This document shows positions 1 through 10,814 of a stretch of 64,000 nt of DNA, in pieces. A model generated the notes under the pieces. That model saw nothing but the letters and a program-made list of their open reading frames with translations, was not told where the DNA came from and ran no database searches. Each line of letters starts with the position of its first letter. Position 1 is the first letter of the stretch. A program made the position numbers and the translations under genes. The DNA lies in NCBI GenBank assembly GCA_040285825.1, contig JAUPSS010000006.1:930001-994000 (forward strand), given 5' to 3'. Source of the DNA: Eukaryota sp. TZLM1-RC. Lineage: Eukaryota; Protista; Metamonada: BaSk clade.

Positions 1-169
1 CACCTTTTTAAATTATTCTATTATGCAATCTTATTTTGCACCATTAAATTTTCCAAAAATTAATAAAACGAATCAGCTGATGTTCAATTATTCACAAGCA
101 AATCAAAACTTCGGATTGGAGGGAAATTCATTCAGGGGTCTTTTTTTAGCTTATACATTTAATTCATTT

Positions 170-790
170 AATATAAAATATGAAAATATAAAATACAGAA
201 TTAAAACTTCACATCCTCAAAACCTGCTTCCTTTAAAACAAAACAATTAACTGCCAAAGATTCAAAGAATTTCCCAAAAGAAGAAAGTGAATCAGAAATC
301 AGTTTCACCATTCTCTTGAAAATAGCAAATACAATCCTGTTGTGCCAGTAAAAACGATTGAAAATTCTTTCAGTTTTTCTCTTTACAACTACTACAACAA
401 GAACCTCAAGGAAAGCCAAAGTAGCCTTACCTGGAGATCCAAGCAAAGCAAAAACAAAAGGACATTGATTATATTGGGCACGAGAATTTTCATTAATCGA
501 GGAAATGGGTTTTGCATATTTAGCAATTTTCTATTTTTCGCCTGCAAGGAGAGGATTATTTACATCCGAGATAATGAGCTGTTCGTTAGAAAAAATACAG
601 GGGTCAATAGACAAGCAACAAAAGCACCTTCAATAGCATTAATACCAAGTTGGACAGGTTTCAAATCGTCCCTTGCCTTAGAAGAAATTCATTAAAAACA
701 AGAGAAGAAAGCAACCTGGTTAAAGACTCTCCAATAGCAATTGGTCTAACTCCATCAGGTTTGTTACTTGATTTCTGGTTTAACATAAGC
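170..790 (-). mobile_element. RLE non-LTR retrotransposon family A, internally deleted remnant
   Basis: The minus strand reads the RT N-part (KPDGVRPIAIGESLTRLLSS...PVQLGINAIEGAFVACL). At ~610 this is fused directly to the RLE C-terminus (SIDPC...FWHNRIVF...EAGFEDVKF), which matches 9585-10000 and 17551-17811. Confidence 0.85.
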
Positions 791-1462
791 ACTTGTGTAT
801 CACAAACAGAATTTTGAGTTTTAAAAATCAGGAAACTCCAAACAATAGCTTTTTGGTCAACCATGAAATTTTCCAAATGGGTTGTCATCCTTCGCTAAGA
901 CGAATATAGTTTAACTTCTGTCAAAGGTTAGGCATTCAGTCCTTCTCAGTCTACACAAAGGGATATTTTTCAGTAGTTGAAAAACAGGATTGGGAAATGA
1001 CTTTTCTGGTCTTTGATACCTAACAAATCATGGTTTTTACCAAGAACTAACAATTTTTAATAACTGAACAACGAACCATAACTAAAGCTTTGACCTCCAC
1101 CAACACCATCAATTGAATGTAGTTAATATAACGAGGAAGAGCTATCATTAACGAAAATAGAATTCTGATCTTCCATATCATATGAGCGAATCTACAACCA
1201 CTTTCCATTGAGAAGAATTCCCAGGTCATCTAAATAATTGAAATCTTCAGTTCCGAGGGTATGAAATTGATGTATTTACCCAGTGCCCGATTGGACTTCT
1301 TTTTTATCCCTTGGAAGGCTCAAGAACATTAAGTAAATGTCAAATGTCAGAATTTGAGACTCTGTTCCATGGAGACTCAGTTGTACAATCAACAACTGCC
1401 CAAAATTTTGGAATTTTAATGCATTTTGGTGACCACAAACAAGCCATAAACCATACTAAAAA

Positions 1463-1502
1463 CGGCTCTAAAAAGGAATCTACTCGATATGATTTACACA
1501 TT
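1463..1502 (-). mobile_element. 40-bp family A retrotransposon fragment abutting the Fanzor 5' break
   Basis: cggctctaaaaaggaatctactcgatatgatttacacat matches 10122-10160 (cggttctaaaaaggaatctactctatatgatttgcacat). Confidence 0.75.
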
Positions 1503-2354
1503 TAATTTAATTCAATTTGGAGCACAGTCGGAAGCATCCAATTCAAATTCACTGAAAAAATATGAATGGATGAGGCTAACATATGGTGAATGGTCACGTC
1601 TCAATAGAAAACACAAACAAGTGTTACAATTTTGTGTTAGACAAAATAATGGTAATAGTGAAGACAGACAATGACCATTGAGGAATGGAATTCGTGGTTA
1701 CGTGATCATGATTCAAAAACTGTTGATTACCACAAATTCAGAGAGTTTATGTTAGCCAAGTGTAAACACTACAATGCAGTGAAACAATTTTATAGTTTAC
1801 CCTTATGGAGGATACATAATATCCAAAGTTATATCCATAGGCAAAAAAATGAAGAAAGAATTGTGAACAAGTTATTGACAACATTCGGTGGTAAAGACAA
1901 AATGGTATTGTGTATTGGGGACTTGGGTCGTAAACCAATCAGTAATCTCAAACATAGTCCCCCAACTCCTTCCAATAAATGGATAAGTTGTTTTCTTAGA
2001 CGAGGTTTTCAAACTGTTCTAATTGATGAAAGTCATACTTCTTCAAAGTGTCCTTCTTGCTTTGAAAAAGTGTTTGGAACAACTATCAAAACAAGGAATC
2101 CAATTCCTAAAAGTGCTGAAAAAACACCGTTCAAATTTCCTCATGGGCTTTTGGAATGTAGAAGTTCTCAGTGTATTAATGATGCAAAAGCACGATGTAA
2201 AAAGTCAGAAAGTAGAGAAGCAGTCAAGGCAAAGTATTGGAATAGGAACAAGATGGCTTGTTTGAATATGTTGAATGTATTTGATCACTGGTTATCCGGT
2301 GAAGAAGGTAGGCCTGTTTATGTTGGTTCATTTTTACTGACTAGTAAAATCTAG
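1503..2354 (+). pseudogene. Fanzor1 (eukaryotic TnpB-like RuvC nuclease), 5'-truncated and frameshifted
   Basis: Motifs LCIGD...PPTP, IDESHTSSKCPSC, HGLLECRSSQC, WNRN(D)KMACLNM and GRPVY occur in Fanzor1 order. An upstream frame (NLIQFG...MRLTYGEW) joins by frameshift at ~1671. The RuvC-I DPG motif is missing. Confidence 0.8.
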
Positions 2355-2387
2355 TCATAGTTGGCATACGCCACACTCAATTATTTC

Positions 2388-4340
2388 ATGTCATTACGAT
2401 TCCTCAATTCCGGAAATGATATTTCTCCATCAATCTACGATGAGTTCATTTCACTTGGCACTGAACGTCAGCTTGGCGAAATCTGGTATATCATTCCACA
2501 TGAATGGTTCATAAAGAAGTTCATTAAGCATAGAACAACGTTTAACGCCAGACATAGACCAAGTGCTTATTACAAGTTACCCACTTTCAAATTGATCACT
2601 AATGTTACTATCAAACTTCCCCAACATCCCGACATGTCAACCCACACTCTCAAACCTGGACTCTCCATTGATCAAGATGTTGTCTGCATTAATGAAGCCC
2701 AATGGAAGCTCATCTCTTCCTACTTTGGTTACGATACAGCAATTCCCCGCGAAGTAGTGCCTAAAGCTCCTGGTTCTAGGGAGGTTATAGTTGATCTTTA
2801 CCCTCTCAGATTATTCCTCAAACAAGGGACAAGAAATGAACATCGTGAAAGGACTACGTCACCAGTCTCCAAAAATGACCAGAATAAGGTTCCTGTTGTA
2901 CAAGATGAAAGCATTACCTGCTCCTCGACTTTCTCACTTGGTGCCTTACGTCAATATGTTGCTTCCAAGTACAAGGTTGAAAAGAACAGGGTTGAACTTT
3001 CTTTATCCGATTGTCAACAACAGCCTCTCTCCCCAAACCAAGATCAACGTTCTCTGACTTATCTTAGCATATATTCAGGAATTCACGACGGCTGTGAAAT
3101 CTATATAAACATTGATGGTGTTTGTGATGAAGAGTTTGGTGTGCAGAGTGGTGTAGGAGGCATGTCTGTGCAAGTTGAAAATAGCTCGGGTTCATTTGCC
3201 CCGGTTGGCAACATTGTCACCACTAAGCCTTCGAAGCAATGTAGAAGAGATTCACTTGATAGCTTTGAGTTCAATCCACCTGAAATCCAATCAAGAATAG
3301 TCAAACTCGATTATCAGAATGGAATCGAACGTTTGAGGAAGGATTCAAAAGATTCCATTTCTGATGAATTACAATTGTTGAAAGCAAGATGTTCCTCTTA
3401 TGAACAACACTTGAGTATTTTGGAAAGCAAAAATTCAAACTTACACGAACAATTGAAACAAAAAACTGACCAAGTCAATCAATTAAAAGCAACTTTGCAA
3501 GAAAAAACGCAGGAAAATGCTAAGTTACAATTAACCAACACTTCAACTGCCAATAACCCAGAGAACACATTATCATCATGTCCTATCATAGACTCTTCAA
3601 ACCTTACCATCAACTACAACCAAAAACTTGGTCAAGGAGGTTTTGCTACAGTTTTCGCGGCAAGGTGGTTTTCCCTTGAAGTTGCTGTCAAAATAGTAGA
3701 CATTGCTAATGAGGGAAAAGCAAAATTGAAAAAAGAAATTGGATTTCTAACTAAACTCAATTATCCCTGTGTATTAAGAGTATTTGGAATCACTTACATA
3801 AATAATCAAATTGGAATTGTCATGGAAAAAGCTGATGGTAAACTTCAAATTCCCTCTTCATTGAGTCAAAATAGCTTAACCATTGCCAAAAACATTTGCT
3901 GCACATTGAAATTTCTTCAGTCAAGGTCTATCATTCATGGTGATATTAAACCTGATAATGTCTTAATAGTAAATGGCCAAATTAGACTTGCTGATTTCGG
4001 TACATCCAGGGTTATCGCTTCAAATTCCACTCTGCCAAGTGCTAACGCTTATACTGCCAAATATGCAGCTTTGGAGGTTTTAAATGAAGAACCTGTAAAA
4101 GAAAGTGACATTTATTCTATTGGGGTTTTATTATATGAATTACTAACAAATGAAGTTGCATTCAAGGGGTTTAATCAATTCACTCTTTTAGGAGCAAAAT
4201 ACCAAGGAAAAAGTTTGAAATTTTCAGAAAATGTTCCACTGGAACTTGTGAATTTAATCAATAGATGTATGACTAATGAAATATCTGAGAGACCAAATAT
4301 TGATCAGATTCTTGAAGTATTGGAGAATTTGTATGTGTAA
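2388..4340 (+). CDS. DUSP-UBL + coiled-coil + TKL-like Ser/Thr protein kinase
   Basis: The N-terminus (GEIWYIIPHEWF...DVVCINEAQWKLISSYFG..IPREVV..VDLYPLRL) is DUSP-like as in USP4/11/15. A heptad coiled coil follows, then kinase motifs GQGGFATV, VAVK, HGDIKPDN, DFG and YAALE. First ATG is at 2388. Confidence 0.85.
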   Translation: MSLRFLNSGNDISPSIYDEFISLGTERQLGEIWYIIPHEWFIKKFIKHRTTFNARHRPSAYYKLPTFKLITNVTIKLPQHPDMSTHTLKPGLSIDQDVVCINEAQWKLISSYFGYDTAIPREVVPKAPGSREVIVDLYPLRLFLKQGTRNEHRERTTSPVSKNDQNKVPVVQDESITCSSTFSLGALRQYVASKYKVEKNRVELSLSDCQQQPLSPNQDQRSLTYLSIYSGIHDGCEIYINIDGVCDEEFGVQSGVGGMSVQVENSSGSFAPVGNIVTTKPSKQCRRDSLDSFEFNPPEIQSRIVKLDYQNGIERLRKDSKDSISDELQLLKARCSSYEQHLSILESKNSNLHEQLKQKTDQVNQLKATLQEKTQENAKLQLTNTSTANNPENTLSSCPIIDSSNLTINYNQKLGQGGFATVFAARWFSLEVAVKIVDIANEGKAKLKKEIGFLTKLNYPCVLRVFGITYINNQIGIVMEKADGKLQIPSSLSQNSLTIAKNICCTLKFLQSRSIIHGDIKPDNVLIVNGQIRLADFGTSRVIASNSTLPSANAYTAKYAALEVLNEEPVKESDIYSIGVLLYELLTNEVAFKGFNQFTLLGAKYQGKSLKFSENVPLELVNLINRCMTNEISERPNIDQILEVLENLYV

Positions 4341-4784
4341 ATTTTGAAACTTTTTGATGGCAAGAACGCAATGCATTGGACAAGAACTCAACAATAATGT
4401 TTGAATATCCCAAAAATACTGATCATATAGTGTGACAGACTTCTTAAGTCAATATTTCAAACATCTAAATGACATCTGTTCTGTTTTAATTAAAGGAATC
4501 CTTTCGTGTTTAAATTGCGTGTTTTTGACTAGTACAGCAGTAATAAAATTGAGTGAATGTGATATTTAGCATGATCAGTGATTGAATTCACAGTATAAAT
4601 ATTCGTATACACTTTAAAATATTGCGATCAATTTTCTTCATACACAACCAATGAACTGAAGAGTTTTTCTGGTGAAGAAGCTAATTGTTAAGTTTGAAGA
4701 GTAGATGTCCTAGTTCCAAAATTAGGAAAATTATTAAGTACATATCAAAAATCAATAATCTTAATTCTTATTCACATCTCCAAT

Positions 4785-5077
4785 CCCTTCCTTGTTCTTT
4801 TGCTTTTTCTTTATTTGGAACCTTAGGTAAAACTGCGGTATCTTTTGTAGACGATTTCTCATCCATTGTCACAATTAAAACTGCGGGAATAATTGACCGT
4901 ACATTTTGGCAAAACAGAATTGTATTTTGTATTTTTAAGGGAATGTATAATCTTGTTCCTAGCTCTTTGTCATCACTTGGAAAATTTTATGAAAAACAAG
5001 CTGTAGGCAAGTTTTCAATAATAGATGTGGAGTATGACGAGATTGAACTTTAGTCATTTCTAATTTTGTTTGAATAC
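4785..5077 (+). mobile_element. RLE non-LTR retrotransposon 3' fragment (family E)
   Basis: SFAFSLFGTLGKTAVSFVDDF...FWQNRIVFCIFKG...YDEIEL* is homologous to the RLE C-terminus of the 10934-14242 ORF. Confidence 0.8.
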
Positions 5078-5089
5078 AATATGTAAGTT

Positions 5090-7000
5090 GTATGGTGCTC
5101 TATTGCAATATATGCTAGAATTAATACCATATTTTCAATCAACATATTGCACATATTTTAATTTACATTTTGGTAACAACATTTTGATTTCATCAAGGGG
5201 CGCAAAGCAAGGAGATCCGTTAGGACCTCTTTTGTTTTGTTTGGCCATTCATCCTATTCTACTGCAAATTCAAGAGATGTTTCCTTCACTAAAAATGATT
5301 GCATATATGGATGATGTTGTGCTTATTGGTGAATTAAATATTGTGAAAAAAGCAGCTGTATGTTTTAAAGACTTATTTACCAAAATTGGTCTCCGACTTA
5401 ATTTACTTAAATGTGTTTTGTTATCGAATTCTCCAGTTTCCACAATAATTGATGATATTGAAATTCAAGCCAAATTATATTCAATTGATGCTATTCGTCA
5501 TTTGGGTTCGTTATTAGGAAATAATGATGAAATTACCAAAAAATTGTTTGAAAAGTTGAACTCAATTTCTGACAAAATTGACCGAATGATGAATTTAGAT
5601 ATAAAAAAACACATCAAATTTACCATCATAAGACTGTGTTTTAGTTCCAATTTTAATCATATATTTCGATCTACAAATCCTCTCGTCACTAGACCTTTGG
5701 CTCAAAAGTTTAATGAGTTACGTGCAAAAGTTCTGTCTCAATTACTGGGATGTAAAATGTTTCAAATTCCAGATCATGCTTACCTTAGTCCACATTATGG
5801 TGGTTTAGGGTGGACGAAGGCTTCTATTCTTACCTCGTGTGCTTTTGTTGGTGGATGCAGAAATGCAATCTTTGAGTTTTCCGAAAGATTTGCAGATTGG
5901 GAAGATTTATTGATGACAACGCAAAGTTCCACTGTTTTTGCATTAAATGAAGAAATTTCAAGAATTGATGTAGAAAAATGGGGTCGATGTTTTCCCCAAT
6001 CATTCAATGGCAATATTCCAGAAAAAAATGCTTTAAATTTGAAGTACACTCTTCGAACATTAAAAAAAACTGACTGGAATGTATGAAAAAGATCTTTATA
6101 ATAATATTTGCAGCTCGGCTGTTTTAAATCAAGATCTTCACTCATTGTTATTGGAAAAGGGTGTTTGTGAAAACAAGGCGTCAGATTCTTCACTTTTTGT
6201 AACCATTGTACCACGAAGATTTGGATTGTGTGCCACTAATGAAGCATTTGTAACAAAAATGAGATTATATTTGAACATCCCCATTAACCAACTATTATCA
6301 AAAGAAAAATGTATTTGTTCGAATTCACCTCAACTCACTTTGCGCCATGCTCTAAATTGCTCTAAATTGATAACTTATCGTTCTTCATTACATGATGCTG
6401 TTAGAGACACTGTTTTCAATATGGCACAAACTGCAAGGATATCGTGTATCAAAGAGCCCCTGCTGAAAGAAACACTTTCTCTAAATAATTTTGGTTCTGA
6501 TGATAGAGGTGATGTATACTGTGATTGGATTGATAATTCTGAAGCTATTGTTGACTTTGTCTCATGTAATGTTGCAAACGATACTTTGGTTCACAGAAGA
6601 AAACTTAATCCTGTGGCTGCTCTGGATCTTAAAGCAAAAGAAAAACATAGAAAATATGATAAAGAAATTGAAGATGCAAATATCGATAGAAATACACAGC
6701 TGGTTTTTATTGCTTTCCCATTATCGATAAATGGAAGATTATCAGTTGAAGCAGAAACTTTTTTGGATGACTTCCAAAAAATGGTGAAAGAAAAAAACAT
6801 GAAAAAATTTGATATTTTTTTATGGCGTTCACGGATTCAATTTGCGATTATTAATAGGTCACGTCGGTTTTTCAACCGATTCAGAGAAGCTTTAGCTAGG
6901 CAGCAAGCAGATCAAGATTTTGTAGAGGAAATCTTGGTTTAATGATAGTCGTCCCATTAGTTATGATTTAATTTAATCAAGTGTGCAAATTCAATGAATT
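5090..7000 (+). mobile_element. RLE non-LTR retrotransposon family B, 5'-truncated, 12-bp TSD
   Basis: RT motifs QGDPLGPLLF and YMDD, zinc finger CICS..HALNC, RLE motif RGD..VDF..KEKHRKY, one frameshift at ~6065. TSD aatatgtaagtt at 5078-5089 and 7001-7012. Confidence 0.92.
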
Positions 7001-7643
7001 AATATGTAAGTTTACAAAATGTAGAGCATCTTCTTAAAAACTTTCGGAAGAAGGAGTTGAAGGAGGTTGTTGTTCGACAGCAGCTTTTTTTAGAAGGAGT
7101 AGAAGAAACAACGGTCACACACCGATCATGGTCACATGAGTTCTGCTCTCAACACTCCATTTAAATCAATCAAGCATAGAAACTCGTTTTTTCTCCAATT
7201 CAAGTGAGTTTTGGCTAAAACATCAATGCAAATCTAGTGCATACGATGGAGTAAGCCGACCTCTTAACCTATAGGTCATGAATCAGCTATCAAAATGGAT
7301 GGCGTTGATAAAAACAGAATTCACAGAACAAGGCGAAACAAAGCAAACCTTGAAGATCTCTGTTGTCCATTGTTCTTATCTGCTAAATCTGAAAAATTAT
7401 CATCGTTAGCTGTCTATGTTTATTGACCAATTAGAATCTTCAAATTTGCATAATTTCTGGCCTGACTACATAATATCACTTCTGGTAATCTTTGACGATG
7501 AAGAAATTGTCGGAAAATATCCGGTGGAGTGAAGTGAATGGCTTCAATGTGGCCTTTGAACTTTTTGCATTGCGCTATATTTAAAGTAGTCCATGTTATT
7601 AATTATAGATCTCAATGGACCCATAATTCAATTTCAAATAATT

Positions 7644-7762
7644 AATAAATATTTATTGAATTTGCACACTTAATTAAATTAACTCACAACTGATGGGACG
7701 ACTATCATTGAACCAAGATTTCCTCTACAAAATCTTGATCTGGTTGCTGTCTAGCTGAAGCT
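7644..7762 (-). mobile_element. Family B 119-bp 3'-end insertion, 13-bp TSD
   Basis: Reverse complement of the family B 3' end. TSD atttcaaataatt at 7631-7643 and 7763-7775. Confidence 0.88.
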
Positions 7763-8599
7763 ATTTCAAATAATTGAATTTCACCACTTACTTGATTTCC
7801 TAGATTATTATGATGTTTACCGCTAGTTACCTTGTAGCACAAATTAATATGTTCAAATCAATTTTTTCTTAGTTTTTACTGTGATTAAACCTTGTTGAAT
7901 TTATCTCAAACAACATGGATGAAACAAGAGTGAAGGCAGTTCCAATTTGTGAGTTATCACTGTTTATTAAACAATGTGGTCAAATAGTAGACAAAAAAAA
8001 GAACGAAATGACAAAGTCCTGAATTGACATTGTCAAATTCGGATTTTTTATTAAATCATTTCCCTGTAAAGTTTCTTCAGGAACAATTTTGGAAAATATC
8101 TACAATTCATGAAAAGCTTACCCTTTCCGACGTCTAAAATGAAAACCATTTGTAAAAACTTACCATTTCTGGCCCTCAATTGTTTATACTCCACATTTTC
8201 TGTTTGAAGTTCTTGTCTATGCATGTCTGATGGAATAGAATAAAAAGAACACACCATGGGTGGTGGTCTAAAAGTGTTGCAAGCTTCATATTTTACGTTG
8301 ATTGACAATAGAAAAATTGTGTTTGTTTGATAAACCGTACTGATTACTTATTCTAGTGATAATTTATGGATTGATAATGCCAAATATAGAAATTTCAGTG
8401 ACTCTAATTCAGTGACTTAAATTAAATTCAGTGAAAGCCCTCTTTTCATCTTACTAAGTCAAGATAAACCATTTGAGTCTGCAAGGCCAACATCTTCATT
8501 CAATTTCGAATTGCTTTATAAAATTGGCACCAAAAAAATCAAAAAAAAATCAAAGTTAAATCTAATCTACAGTTCATTCAACCAATATTGCTGACACGC

Positions 8600-9180
8600 A
8601 TTATGCCGTTATCGTATGCCAGGACCAATCCTCATTACAGTAAAAATGCTCTTTATGGAATCATTGGAGCCCATGCAGCGACGATAATCACAGTCATTGT
8701 GGAAATTGTTGTGACAAACACCAGTCTCTACCGTTAGTTTCAATGCCATGATAAGACTCGTACTGTTGCTTATGATCTTAACAACAAACTGTATTTTTCC
8801 CAAGTATCACTCCTTGGTGTTTCTCAAAAGTCGTGGTACAGAGATGGCTATTTTCACATATTTTCCCCTTTGTTGCGTGATTCATGTATGCGTTATGCAT
8901 ATGGTTCCCTTGTTCAACAAGTAGAAAACAATCTTGAAAGTATCCACCCCAACGATAACACTGTTCGAGATGGAAAGAAGCAGATCCGAGATGTCGACTG
9001 TGATGTATATAAGGGTGACTTCGAAGCGCTGATCTCTGGTGAAAAAGTCTTGCTGGAAATGAAGTGGTGTGTTGCGAACAGATTTGTCCACAAGATCTCC
9101 TCTGTTTATGCTACTCTTACCTAAACAGATCATAAGTATGTATATATTCCTGCCTCATCACAGAAAGCTGAAATCAAATG
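8600..9180 (+). pseudogene. Decayed ORF with possible PD-(D/E)XK nuclease-like C-terminus
   Basis: One long frame broken by a few stops, containing KGDFEALISGEKVLLEMKW (acidic residue...ExK spacing). Confidence 0.3.
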
Positions 9181-10814
9181 ATGATCTTTTCGATTATGAA
9201 CAGGATTGTACCAGCTCCACTGACATGGACTACGCTGAGGTGGGTTCCACAGCACATCAAGAACTTGATTTGGTGCTTCTCAACAGTCTGTTCCATTTGC
9301 TTTATTGACATAAACTTTGAATTTAGATGTAAAAATTACACGTTGAATCTCAGTATGTCATTTTTTTTGATGAATTGGTTTTTGTAAATGGAGAACTTGC
9401 CAATCCATATAATATCAATTTCATTCATATTCAACAATACAATGTAGCTGAACAGACATACGATGAAGCATAACTAATAATTCAGGTGAACAACAGCTTG
9501 CTTCCATTTTACTTTTACCTTTTTTGCTGATCATTTTTTTTTGCTTATTTATTTTTATTCACCAACAAATATGAAATACACAATTAAAACTCCACATCCT
9601 CAAAACCTGCCTCCCCTACATCAAAACAATTAATTGCTAAAGATTCAGAAAATTTCCCAAAAGAAGATAGTGAATCAAATTAGTTTTACCATTCCCTTAA
9701 AAATAGAAAATACAATCCTGTTTTGACAGTAAACACGATTGAAAATTCTTCCAGTTCTTTCCTTTACAACTACAACAAAATCCTCAAGGAAAGCCATAGC
9801 AGCCTTACCTAGAGATCCAAGCAAAGAAAAAACAAATGGACATAAATTATATTTGGCATGAGAATTTTCATTAACCGAGAAAATGGGTTTCGCATATTTA
9901 GCAATTTTATATTTTTCGCCTGCAAGAAGAGGATTATTTACATCCGAGTTAATGAGATGTTCGTTAGAAAAATTACAAGGGTCGATAGACATGGCGTCCA
10001 AAATAGTAAAACTACCATTTAAACCAGGAACAACTAGATCACCTCTAGTCAGACCCATAGAAGCTCTGTTGTAACGCATACTATCAATATTGGGATCATC
10101 TAGAATTAATTTTGATAACAGCGGTTCTAAAAAGGAATCTACTCTATATGATTTGCACATTACATAAATTTGGTCCCTGACGTTATTATGCACTTTGCTT
10201 CAAAACGTAATGAAATGTTTGCAGTTCAAAAGATGAGTAAACAAAAGAGGTTTACCACATTTACAAGTTAAATGATTGGGCAAATTGTTTGGCCACAGAA
10301 AACAACGAAAACGCATGTTTAGAAGCCATTCATTGTTTTTTTAACAAAAGTCCACAACTTGAGGGAACTTGAGTTACTAAAGCAGCAGCTGAACTATCAC
10401 AAATATCCTTTAAATAATTACCGAAAGCGGGATTTTTAGTTTTGGCCAAGCCAAGTCTTACTTCATAATCCAAGCCTTCATATAATTTAACCAGATGGTG
10501 CTGAAGCTTTTTCAAGCAAAAACGTAAATTTGGAAGTGATCGAGTGGGAATTTCTTGAACATTTTGAGGAAAACACTGAATCGAGATATCACTAGGCAAA
10601 TTTTCTAATTCAAATTGCAGTTGATTCAAGTAAAAATTTGATTCACCATTGATCAGATGAACATCAAAAGGGAACCTTTGGAAAAATTCAAAAACAAAAT
10701 TTTTACCACCTCCCAAAAATGCTGCTTTACACAGAATCGAAGATTTGGTGAATCCAATTCCACCTAAAACTGCTGAACAAAATACATGACTTCGAATTAA
10801 AGATTCATTTACTT

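Noticed and set aside
840-1320. Stop-codon reassignment suggested by a long minus-strand frame with scattered TAA/TAG/TGA
   Set aside because: Intact genes (up to 3010 aa) have no internal stops and end in TAA, TAG or TGA. This is more simply an unidentified decayed ORF.
2354-2387. Fanzor omegaRNA
   Set aside because: Only 33 nt lie before the kinase ATG, with no convincing structure or transposon end.
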